Positions 17,501 to 24,295 of a DNA stretch of 29,008 nucleotides are shown in pieces. A program made the translations under genes and the position numbers. The notes beneath the pieces were generated by a model. The model saw only the letters and a program-made list of their open reading frames with translations. It was not told the DNA's origin and did no database searches. The stretch comes from a virus. Its lineage: Duplodnaviria; Caudoviricetes. The first letter of the stretch is position 1; each line of letters opens with the position of its first letter. The stretch is from positions 1 through 29,008 of IMG/VR virus record IMGVR_UViG_3300050161_000053, one strand, 5' to 3'.

Positions 17501-18566
17501 GTGGCTGGTTGCGGTCAGTCGCAATCGCTTGCTCACCCTCGAAACCCGGAGGCGTGGTGCGCCCTTCGCTGTCGACGATGAAGTCCGGCGGTGCCATCTG
17601 GTGCGGGCGGTCATCCTGCACAATCGGCGAGCCGCTTTCGACCTGCGGGCCTTGAGGCTCCCGGCCGAACATCTGCGGCGACGGAAGCGCCCGAAGCGAC
17701 CCGTCGAGTACACCATCGATCTTGACGTTGAGATCGTCCGGAGTGACCTGATCCGCAGGCTTGGCGTCAGCTGCAACCCGCCGGAACCCGCCACCAGCGC
17801 CAAGAACGCCGCCGATAGCGAACGCGGTAACCGCTGCGTTGACGTACTCGCCAACAGCATCTGCGCTGCTGACCGGGATGCCCGCCGCGTACCGCTCACC
17901 TACCTGCTGCCCCGCTTCGGTGACAGCTTCCGCAGCACCGGCCTCAACCACCGCCTTGGCTGTGCGATAGAGAAACCCGCCAGCTTTTGCTGCTGGAGCT
18001 AGACCCAGCGCGTGCCCCAACCCCGGGATCGCCCGGGCGATGCCTGCTTCACCCGCAACATCGAGCGCCGACTGGAACGGTGCCACCGCGAGTGACCGCA
18101 TGGCTGACTGCTCGCTCAGGCCACCCTGCTCGGCAACCGCGCGGTCGACGTTCGACCCGACGAACTGAGGTGCCCCGCCGACCACAGCACCGAGAGCTGC
18201 GCCTTTGGCACCGCCCGCTGCGAAGCCGCCGATGCCGCCTGCCAGGCTGCCCGCCATGTAAGGCAGCATACCAATCACGTTCTCGCCGATAAAACGCGCG
18301 ACGCCGACACGCCCTGATGTAACGTCGGACACCTGTGCCGGAGCGGGTCCGCCGGGCTTTCCGAGGTGCTGCTGGTATTCCTGCTCCTGCTGCGGCGTGA
18401 TGTTCCCGGTCACCTTACGGAAGGCGTAGGGCACCCCGTAGCGAAGCTGATCGACAGCCTCACCTGCTGCATTTGAGAGCAGTTCCCCGTAACCCGGACG
18501 CCGGTTCGAGACCGGAACGTCTGGCATCTGATAGTCAGGTACGTAGACTCCGCCGATCTGTGGCAT
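11586..18566 (-). CDS. Large polyvalent virion protein (2326 aa) with a zincin-like HExxH domain and a PLxRFG-like region; probably ejected into the host
   Basis: Gly/Ala hydrophobic N-terminal segments; AHEMVH at 15249-15266 with a downstream DELLAW; PYFHLGRFGNY at about 13894-13926; C-terminal GLPFA and RGLP..GADVSQRVG. Confidence 0.85.
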   Translation of the reverse strand: MPQIGGVYVPDYQMPDVPVSNRRPGYGELLSNAAGEAVDQLRYGVPYAFRKVTGNITPQQEQEYQQHLGKPGGPAPAQVSDVTSGRVGVARFIGENVIGMLPYMAGSLAGGIGGFAAGGAKGAALGAVVGGAPQFVGSNVDRAVAEQGGLSEQSAMRSLAVAPFQSALDVAGEAGIARAIPGLGHALGLAPAAKAGGFLYRTAKAVVEAGAAEAVTEAGQQVGERYAAGIPVSSADAVGEYVNAAVTAFAIGGVLGAGGGFRRVAADAKPADQVTPDDLNVKIDGVLDGSLRALPSPQMFGREPQGPQVESGSPIVQDDRPHQMAPPDFIVDSEGRTTPPGFEGEQAIATDRNQPQPSAVAPTLEDVQARIAAMAPEQPTIGAPLVLRDPTQGGTVQLPAARVDPDTGAEILFSDFLTEQKKGLRGGFVQTVEAADEMELLNKVYDQVFTEQDMRANTAKFAQRLGILDEKLQPTQLAQYIEEQRGATVPAAQAAAGAPENAVGAAPTTAQAVFDANPTAPLAQQTLDATRVGERTIQAAEDLGNTVTELRSRKAAAAREKIAQGETPTVTESVFLRQEDRMAQGLPAALSAEERAAVQAERAAPPAGTAPVEASSTAGAVGVTPPPAPAAPAARVQSAPETFSPEVEAEMTAARKAAGVERVSKANSINELKTPADVFRALAVDNSGAAVSQTEKLAQKLGLITDDDARDVTPKGRQVFLGTSEGLTATVDAAQEQGFTGKQATIFERGVRAVTGGQAAETSFDSFDDMAAHQAGQVWARNFVQNGDGTKTAAQTNAIQSRILARNPGAADKRRTVAASREVTPGQVQRKALNELVNTVDLSNVSDQEQVALRRMIAQGATREQVGQAIQKLQGGESIRMIPPRPQPRPDTGGRGQPVFKEMHNPAENTPQKAEQRAQTEAAVRAYDQRSLVRGAFDGKTITQARADKLNALLDQGKVDQVARLMKDFNADAKPRNRGKSAKVADTHNTSVGTSDLAFEQAVTGKSFLDVATYMTENAPSPFYRELMVKVRQLGQMLERQGMVFNFRVVSPNDLNVPREADDPGAKAVTHLQFHPKPAASVYVKNSEHGAESALNYQTAAHEMVHSVTMLLTAYGRNPEQYGKTGIGKATAALDDILREVQAHLDARQNSGKLLNDFEVRLIERDNNALHDIDELLAWTLTNPEMQRYMNSIQYTPKQSVFSRLVAAVRTMLGIEPRYDSALAEVLRVSEKVFGTPRAELRNLLGRNEPTQGDMRDQIAALSDNAASARNRTVEAANTATQAAARVVSGLADRLGVDAAETGVKSRQEALRWKSHMQLNRLYKDKMPGVLKHWAAAQERKAVLARIQHIGAEAYQKYEQLKTTNVKASGWVNELMALSTEFQLDPSKTWDEHEHLRDDKNAPKLRQLHVQAVDLANKMRRGDGTAMQVFNEFRALNEAQNYARMAASLHGLVAMDPELALGVADADINPVDQFMREDVAGAPAAIRDRWSDLLHKQIAATTAFVNEKKGEAARGTAHDVKAMREHLTPIELQVRAIHEAIAGMQKAPYFHLGRFGNYFGSATVRTVDGQADPAALRHIAEVLETAGFSGVQISADNANPKLVLRVEKLGQAQVLQQQLSDLAKQGWLDADSVQVGPQEQANNYGFAGSLPEHLQRVMESIQSNPQYAVDGLDAKQVAEVQTRRDEVLRMVADVWLEQQPQNSISRVLARRSTVSGYATDMARSWAYRWDVGAASLASQAAAPKFRQAYVDMQSQARSTADVTTATELSQVLRELRVRDAQDPVFEGPNVLDKLRAASQAYYLGMSPSYGVINIMQLGTTGIPELAKVHGFARSFHAVRQGAAGAFKVLGAVRREAATRGAKHLADVAITDAVLRDAGLSEADRKFLLRMTATGTIDIGSVAQEITQAAKGARDTALDTTLRYASAIGAYTETFNRLTMALAARQLHGSNADLVGYATHIINESMLAYGSENTARALGKRGVLGPLTPMVAQFSSFSVQMLEKLSAEFRDAFGQPRTGETAADTATRRKGAQRFLLGHLTATAALAGTLGLPFATVAAAAIERLVDKLGDDDEPYDATAAWRGFLADTLGTEMAEVIARGLPRAVGADVSQRVGEADILPFTKFLTDRRPWKEAWDSALSDHAGAGFRMVGNIIAGGSRIADGDVMGGLIQAAPAALKGPAEAWRLTTEGYVDTKGNRMPISKDAHSILWQLFGFTPDEKADYSEARTDQQTRRGEISRRAETLRKRIVQALVIGDRERAAELISDAQAFDQDNPSFAVVPSLSGALMRRVQAQTRSQALGTPLGVSTQDIAGQNMTRYANINYAQ

Positions 18567-18569
18567 CTT

Positions 18570-19529
18570 TTATTGTCCCGCCTCAGGGTCATAACCCGGA
18601 ATCATCTGCGCCTGCGCGAGGTTGTTGGGGTTCCGCCCCGCCAGCGAGAGGTAGGCGTTGAAGTCATCTTCCATCGCGCGGACACCCAGCTTGAGTTCCT
18701 CGTTGCCTGGGTCCGCTGCCAGCTCCAGCCGCCGTTGCTGGAGCGCGTTCGCGCGAAGTGCTGCCTGCCCAAGCAGAACATCCTGCGCCCGCGGCTGCCC
18801 ACTTTCCGGCTTCGGTAGCTCGTTGATCAGACCCCGCGCGTACCGCGCGGGTATGTTACTACTCAGCAGCGCTGTGATCGTCTGCATCTGCTGTTCGTAT
18901 GGTGTGATCGCTTCGGATGCTCCTCGACCAGTTGCCAGTGCCTGCTCGACGGGCCTGCCAGCATACGGACCCCACGCTGCGGCTTCCTCGGGTGTGTATG
19001 CCGCAGCGTTTGCTTTTGCGCGATCTGCGATAGTTCCACCCGCAGTGGGTGCGGTGGGTGTCACCCGGCTGCTCATACCGTCCGCAAGTGAGCCACCAAC
19101 GATCCCGAGGCCGGCAGCTGCTTTGAGTACCGTACTCGCCTTGGGTATTGTCACGGCCAGCCTGGGCACCACAGGTACCAACCCTGGGCCTGCCCGGCCC
19201 GCGAGGAAACGGGTTGCTGTCCCGAGGCCCGCGGTGGGAACCAGAGCGGCTGCTGTCGGTGCTGCGCGTGCAGCGCTAACTACGGCGCCACCCGCGCGAG
19301 CCGCTTTCCCCAGCCCATAGACCGCGCCAACGCCGGCCGCGATGTCACCCCCAACACCTGTACGCTGTCGCAGGTCTTGGTTCACCTGCTCGACCTGCTC
19401 GCGTGACGCACCCATAACCGCCCCGATACCGCGGTTAAGCAACCCACCAGTAGCGGCATTGACACCGACGTTGATGGTATCACCAAAGGCGCGAGCGGCC
19501 CGTCCGTACCACGTACTGTTGTCCGGCAT
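18570..19529 (-). CDS. Putative internal virion / ejection protein (319 aa)
   Basis: GGAG RBS; Gly/Ala-rich amphipathic segments; lies between the adaptor and the giant virion protein. Confidence 0.75.
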   Translation of the reverse strand: MPDNSTWYGRAARAFGDTINVGVNAATGGLLNRGIGAVMGASREQVEQVNQDLRQRTGVGGDIAAGVGAVYGLGKAARAGGAVVSAARAAPTAAALVPTAGLGTATRFLAGRAGPGLVPVVPRLAVTIPKASTVLKAAAGLGIVGGSLADGMSSRVTPTAPTAGGTIADRAKANAAAYTPEEAAAWGPYAGRPVEQALATGRGASEAITPYEQQMQTITALLSSNIPARYARGLINELPKPESGQPRAQDVLLGQAALRANALQQRRLELAADPGNEELKLGVRAMEDDFNAYLSLAGRNPNNLAQAQMIPGYDPEAGQ

Positions 19530-19534
19530 CTTGA

Positions 19535-20299
19535 TTAACTCCAGCTAAAGCCACCACGGCCGAAGCCCCACTCGATGGGGGCGAACAGTTTCCGCAGTAC
19601 CAGCGTTCGGGCCTCTTTTACACTCTGTTCAAATGTCGTTTTGAAATCCGCGGCTCTCTTTGGAAATCCCGCGTCGTCGTCGACGATCCGCAGCGCTAGA
19701 TACGCTGCCCAGTCGAGCATCTCGATATGGTGATCTTCAGGGATTTCTGGCACCGCCGAAGGTGACCCAACCACCAGCCGGCTGATCGGCTTACGCACTA
19801 CACGCAGTCGCAGGACGAGACCGGCCTGAGCTGCACCCGGCGTCGGGTGTACCCGGAGTGCGATCTGCGAGAGGTTATCGCTCTCGATAGCCTGAAGACC
19901 TTCGTCGGTCGAGTACGCGAGAGTTGGTCCAGCAGGCAGCGCCTGGTAAGCGTTCGGGTCCGTCCAGTTGTCTGATGGCGCTTGGTAAGCAGCGAGCACC
20001 GAGTGCCCGACCCGTGTGAGGTCTGCATCCTGTAGCGCCATCTTGGCGGACACGACAGCGATTACACTGTCGTGCAGTACGTAAATAGACCGACCCTCCA
20101 CGAGGGTGATCTTGGTCACCTCATCCGTAGTGGCATCACGCAAAACGAGCCCTTGCACGGCGAACCGCCGCTGGGCCTCATTGATGTATGTGACAAGGGT
20201 CTCATCCGTCCAAAGATAATCGGATGTGCCGCTGGCGCGATCCGACCGATCGTTCAGGATCGACCCGCGCAAAAGCTGTAGCAGTTCGCCCAACGTCAC
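19535..20299 (-). CDS. Head-tail adaptor protein (254 aa)
   Basis: GGAGG RBS before GTG at 20299; MTLGELL..LND..YLWTDETLVTYINEAQRRFA and PEIPEDHH..LDWAAYLAL are typical of podovirus adaptors. Confidence 0.8.
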   Translation of the reverse strand: MTLGELLQLLRGSILNDRSDRASGTSDYLWTDETLVTYINEAQRRFAVQGLVLRDATTDEVTKITLVEGRSIYVLHDSVIAVVSAKMALQDADLTRVGHSVLAAYQAPSDNWTDPNAYQALPAGPTLAYSTDEGLQAIESDNLSQIALRVHPTPGAAQAGLVLRLRVVRKPISRLVVGSPSAVPEIPEDHHIEMLDWAAYLALRIVDDDAGFPKRAADFKTTFEQSVKEARTLVLRKLFAPIEWGFGRGGFSWS

Positions 20300-20517
20300 A
20301 GACCTTGTCCTCCGTACCGACGCATACTGCGCCCAAGCACGACTACCACCCAGATACCTCGACGTAAATCCCTCTGTGGCGCGGCACAACGCTTCGTGCA
20401 GGATGCGGCTCGATGTGGTGGCAAGGTAAAATCGTCGGTTCGCACCGCATCGATAGCCGAGGCGAGCGTCACGGGCTGGTCAAACTAACCGCACAAGCTG
20501 TGCACATCATCCGCGCC

Positions 20518-20558
20518 GAACAAGAAACACCTCGCAAGTTCTGCTTGCGAGGTGTTTC
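20518..20558 (-). terminator. Rho-independent terminator after the head gene block
   Basis: Perfect 15-bp inverted repeat (20524-20538 / 20544-20558) with a 5-nt loop, running into UUUCUUGUU on the minus strand. Confidence 0.8.
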
Positions 20559-20623
20559 AGTGTCAGCGCTACCGCGGGCCGCCGTGTGATTGGCGGTGAG
20601 ACGTGGAACTGGTTGGTGTAACC

Positions 20624-21304
20624 TCACACTTTTCTGTAAGGATACTTTGTGCGGTTGCGGTAGCCAAGCACCTTCTGCGTCTTGCTGTCGACCACCGGGG
20701 TCGACATGATCGCATCGTCGAGAATGCCGAGCAGGAAGTCGGGAACATCGACGGGCTCGCCCGGGCAGATCATATAGCTGCGACCATTGTGGCCGAGGAA
20801 CAGCCCTGTAGGCGGGATGTCGTTACCTTCCTCCAGCACGATGGTGACATACTCAACACCCAGCGCGGCGGCTGCCTTGCGCGCCCGAGCGTCCACCTGT
20901 CCGGAGAACTCACGAGGCATCGTCGCGAAGGGGTCCGGCGCGGGTGCAGGTTCGGACGCAACAACCGTGGTCGCGGCGGCTGCGAGTAGCTGGGTGATCA
21001 TTTCGCTCTGCTTGGCCACCAGCGCCTTCAAGGCGTCGACGTCAGACACACCTTGCGGCGCTGTGGCAGGTTCGGTGACCGGAACCTCCGGAGCGGTGGG
21101 CGGGATGACTTCGTCGATCGGTGGCTGCGGCTGCATTGCACCATCAGCCGGAGCGGTAGCAGCGGCAATTTCCTTGACCCGGTCATCCGCCTTTTCCTTG
21201 CCGCGCACCTTCTCGGGCTCGGCCAGGCTAGCATGCTTCAGTTCGTAGTAGCCACCCGACTGGGGTGTGACGGTCACACCGTCGATTTCGTAACTGCCGC
21301 TCAT
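20624..21304 (-). CDS. Hypothetical head-associated protein (226 aa)
   Basis: ATGA overlap at 21301-21304 and AAGGA RBS; Pro/Ala linker; C-terminal domain LGHNGRSYMICPGEPVDVP. Confidence 0.8.
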   Translation of the reverse strand: MSGSYEIDGVTVTPQSGGYYELKHASLAEPEKVRGKEKADDRVKEIAAATAPADGAMQPQPPIDEVIPPTAPEVPVTEPATAPQGVSDVDALKALVAKQSEMITQLLAAAATTVVASEPAPAPDPFATMPREFSGQVDARARKAAAALGVEYVTIVLEEGNDIPPTGLFLGHNGRSYMICPGEPVDVPDFLLGILDDAIMSTPVVDSKTQKVLGYRNRTKYPYRKV

Positions 21305-21564
21305 TTCATTACTTCCTTTGCCATTTTGTCGAACGCTGAGGTATACGTATCCACCGGGAGCGCGACGTCCATCGCGCTTTCGAGGAACTTGAGCACCTGT
21401 TCCTTGGTGTCGAACATGAACTCGACCTCCGGGTCCTTCCACGGTGCGCAGGGACCGTCGCTCGATTTGTCGCGGGTCTCGTTTTGTTTCTGGATGGCCG
21501 GGTCAGTACACTTGACCTCATAGCCGGAACGCTCGCGCTCGATGCGGATGCAGTTGTAGCCCAT
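21301..21564 (-). CDS. Hypothetical protein (87 aa)
   Basis: AAGGGG RBS before ATG at 21564; GC3-biased codons. Confidence 0.75.
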   Translation of the reverse strand: MGYNCIRIERERSGYEVKCTDPAIQKQNETRDKSSDGPCAPWKDPEVEFMFDTKEQVLKFLESAMDVALPVDTYTSAFDKMAKEVMK

Positions 21565-21597
21565 GGTGCGCAGCCCCTTCATGTTCGTGTAGGAACA

Positions 21598-21623
21598 GGG
21601 CGGTGTGGTTCAGCACACCGCCC
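21598..21623 (-). terminator. Intergenic hairpin (weak terminator or mRNA stabiliser)
   Basis: Perfect 10-bp stem GGGCGGTGTG/CACACCGCCC with a 6-nt loop; only UGUU follows. Confidence 0.5.
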
Positions 21624-21641
21624 AGCCCCCAGTCCCCCAGC

Positions 21642-21974
21642 TTAGCCGAATGCAACCCAGTGCAGCGCCTTCGCGTTGATCGCGATGGCAGCCGGGACGA
21701 GGAAGCCCCGGTATCCTGCGCTGCTCTGACCATCGCGGAGCAGAATGCCCGCGGTGTCGTCGGTCATGGTGCCGGCCGCGACGGTCTTCAGAGCATGACC
21801 GGCGACCATGTCGGCAGTGATCTCGTAGGTCGTGCGATCGGTCAGATTGATCAGCTTGATGTAGCGCGGCTTGAAGCCCAGCGTCACATCGACGTCAGCC
21901 CCGGCTCCGGTGAACGAGCCGACGGCTGTGTTCACGACGCCTTCGCTGTTGGAAGTGGCGGTATCTGTGGCCAT
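21642..21974 (-). CDS. Putative capsid decoration / minor head protein (110 aa)
   Basis: AAGGGG RBS; directly downstream of the major capsid gene; small and beta-rich with an LGFKPRYI motif. Confidence 0.75.
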   Translation of the reverse strand: MATDTATSNSEGVVNTAVGSFTGAGADVDVTLGFKPRYIKLINLTDRTTYEITADMVAGHALKTVAAGTMTDDTAGILLRDGQSSAGYRGFLVPAAIAINAKALHWVAFG

Positions 21975-22008
21975 GATATTTAACCCCTTGTTGTCGGTGT
22001 CGAGGGAA

Positions 22009-22032
22009 GTGAGGGGGCCGAAGCCCCCTCAC
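22009..22032 (-). terminator. C(UUCG)G hairpin just after the major capsid gene
   Basis: Perfect 10-bp stem GTGAGGGGGC-TTCG-GCCCCCTCAC on the minus strand; only UU follows, so termination would be partial at most. Confidence 0.6.
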
Positions 22033-22042
22033 CCCGTGACGA

Positions 22043-23080
22043 TTATGCGGTGGCGCAAACCTCCAGGCGGACCATGAAGGCCTCCTGCAGGATGACGGTA
22101 GCGGTCCAGAGCTTCCAACCCACGGAGCCGCGCTGACCGAGCGGATCGCCCGGTGCCGGTTTCGGGTTGACAACCATCGGGGTCATCGCGCTGTGGCCCT
22201 TCAGCGGCACAATCCCGAAGGCGTCGCGCGCGAAGTAGAGGACCGGGTACACGTCGACGTTGACGCCGCCGTTCGACCGCATGGTGGGCGCCGTACCAAC
22301 GACCACACCGGCTGCCAGGAACGGCTTCGCGACGGTCGTCGCGATGTACCGGACCTGCTCGACCGAGCCGATTTCACCTTCCCAAGGCGAGGTGTGCGGG
22401 CCGTAGTCCGCGACCGCCTTGAAGCCAGTCATGTTGCGGATGTCGCTTTCGAGGTCCGGGTGGACCACAGCGACATAACCCGCTTCGACCGACGCGGTGC
22501 CGTAGTCAGGCCGCGATGCAACCACCGAGGTGATTTTCTTCGCGTTCTGACGGTTCAGCGCGGTGGTGATGCGGCGCTGGTCGGTGCGCGAGATCGCAGT
22601 AGCGACCGTGGAGCGCCCAGCGACGTTGTTGGCGTAGAACACGTTGGTTCCGGCCTTCAGCACGTTGTAGCGGAGCGTCTCGACGGTCTCAGCCGCGTTC
22701 TCACCGAGCAGGTCGGTCATTTCCCCGAGGATGTTGTCGGGGTGGGTGTTGTCCACCACATCGGTCAGGCCGACCCAGTCACCGTACTGCGCCAGCTGGA
22801 CGGTGTAGTCCTGGTTGGCGAGCGAGCGGCCTTCGGGCGTTACACCCTCGACCAGCGGCGTGGTAGCCAGCGGCGTGTAGAACTCGCCCGAGCCCGAACC
22901 GGCAGCGCCGGTCGCACCCGACAGGAAGTACCGACGGAACTTCGCGGTCTGGGTCGAATTTGTCGGCAGTGGATAGGTCTGGCCGAACTTCTCGAAAACG
23001 AGAAGCGGCAGAGCCCGCTTGAGCATGCGGACGGTCGCCCACGCAGCTACTGCGGGAGTGATGTCACCGTAATTTACCAT
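22043..23080 (-). CDS. Major capsid protein, N4-gp56 family (345 aa)
   Basis: AGGGGG RBS; motifs FEKFGQ, KFRRY, LVEGVTP, QYGD, HPDLESD, GEIGSVEQVRYI and DPLGQRGSVGWK. Confidence 0.93.
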   Translation of the reverse strand: MVNYGDITPAVAAWATVRMLKRALPLLVFEKFGQTYPLPTNSTQTAKFRRYFLSGATGAAGSGSGEFYTPLATTPLVEGVTPEGRSLANQDYTVQLAQYGDWVGLTDVVDNTHPDNILGEMTDLLGENAAETVETLRYNVLKAGTNVFYANNVAGRSTVATAISRTDQRRITTALNRQNAKKITSVVASRPDYGTASVEAGYVAVVHPDLESDIRNMTGFKAVADYGPHTSPWEGEIGSVEQVRYIATTVAKPFLAAGVVVGTAPTMRSNGGVNVDVYPVLYFARDAFGIVPLKGHSAMTPMVVNPKPAPGDPLGQRGSVGWKLWTATVILQEAFMVRLEVCATA

Positions 23081-23101
23081 GATAGAGCCCCCTAGGTTGA
23101 C

Positions 23102-24049
23102 TTACTTCGGCATCGTTTCCACAGCGTACCGAGCGAAAGCAGAGACGAAATCATCCGGGTCCTCCCCGGCTGGAATCTGCGAACGATCGCCACTGACTGG
23201 GGCCAACGATTCTGCCGCTTGCTTGGCAGCGCTAGACAGCTCAGTTTTTGCGGGTTTGCCTGGGGCGGTTGGCGCTTGGGCAGCGGGTGCTGCCGGTGCT
23301 GTTACCGTCCCGGATGCTACCCGGTAACGCCCGATGAGGTCGGCGACCTCGTCCGATGTCCCCTGCTGCATAACCTGCTTCATTCCGTTCTGCAAGTACC
23401 CCGGCTGCGTGTCTATCCATTTGGCGACATCTGCTTCCAAAGCCTCTGAATAGTCAGGCACCGCCTGCTTCAGCTCACCCATGTGCAGAGTGTTGCCGAC
23501 AGTCCGCATCTGCTCGAACAGCGGTTGGGTGTACTTAGCTACCTCCCCGAATACGAACTTCATCAGATCGTGGTACTCAGCGCGGCGCTTGAGCGTCTCG
23601 GCCTGCGCCACATCTGGCCAGTTCTTCTCGTACTCGCTCAGGGCACCGATCTCGTCCTGCGTGTAGAGCGGCTGCTGCTCAGGCTCTCCGGCGGCGGGTG
23701 CCGCAGCAGGTTCCGCAGCGGCGGATTGGTTCTTCAGAAGATCAGCGAGACCTTTGACGATGTCGTCAGCCGACGCGGGCGCGGGTTCGGCCGGGGCGAC
23801 CGCTTTGCCATCAGCTGCCACATCGCCAGAATCTCCGCCAGCGGGGGGAGTGATCGGCTCCGCCGCAGGGGCAGCGCCTTCGCCAGGCGCTGGTACGTCG
23901 TCTGCAGGAGCCGCTGCTGGAGCGGGCTCCGTAGGGGCCGCCGGGTCACTCGCCGGAGGAATACCATCCCCGGCGGCAGCTGCTGCGAACGCGTCGGCGA
24001 ACTCCTGGTCATTCTGGTGTGTACCTTCGCTGGGGGCTACTCCGGTCAT
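23102..24049 (-). CDS. Capsid scaffolding protein (315 aa), putative
   Basis: Directly upstream of the capsid gene; acidic Pro/Ala-rich disordered N-terminus, helical core, C-terminal DDFVSAF. Confidence 0.75.
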   Translation of the reverse strand: MTGVAPSEGTHQNDQEFADAFAAAAAGDGIPPASDPAAPTEPAPAAAPADDVPAPGEGAAPAAEPITPPAGGDSGDVAADGKAVAPAEPAPASADDIVKGLADLLKNQSAAAEPAAAPAAGEPEQQPLYTQDEIGALSEYEKNWPDVAQAETLKRRAEYHDLMKFVFGEVAKYTQPLFEQMRTVGNTLHMGELKQAVPDYSEALEADVAKWIDTQPGYLQNGMKQVMQQGTSDEVADLIGRYRVASGTVTAPAAPAAQAPTAPGKPAKTELSSAAKQAAESLAPVSGDRSQIPAGEDPDDFVSAFARYAVETMPK

Positions 24050-24052
24050 TTA

Positions 24053-24295
24053 TCAAGCTCCTGACTTCGTAATCGATGGGGGTTCGGTGGTCAGCTCTCG
24101 GTAGAGCTTCGCCATGTGGCGCGCCGCCCCCTGAACGCGATACATATCCTCCCCGTCTGCGTTGACAAGGCTTTCCTTCGCTTCGTCAACGGATAGCTTC
24201 ACAAGCTCGATTGCCGCTCGTGCGATCGGGTCCTGCGTAAATGCTGCTTCACGCAGCTTTTTTGCCAGTTCCGTCGCTTTTTCCTTGGGGGTCAT
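24053..24295 (-). CDS. Small helical protein between portal and scaffold (80 aa)
   Basis: GGAG RBS inside the portal 3' end (47-nt overlap); YRVQGAAR motif typical of post-portal small genes. Confidence 0.75.
   Translation of the reverse strand: MTPKEKATELAKKLREAAFTQDPIARAAIELVKLSVDEAKESLVNADGEDMYRVQGAARHMAKLYRELTTEPPSITKSGA

Noticed and set aside
11586-18566. Giant ORF as an N4-like virion RNA polymerase, tape measure protein or DarB-type methylase-helicase
   Set aside because: No polymerase, methyltransferase or helicase motifs recognised, and no tail tube or tail chaperone genes; the zincin and PLxRFG-like motifs fit a polyvalent protein better.
24256-24264. A-AAA-AAG slippery site in the overlap of the portal and the 80-aa gene
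   Set aside because: A -1 shift from the 80-aa frame enters the portal frame two codons before its stop and gives only a tiny peptide.
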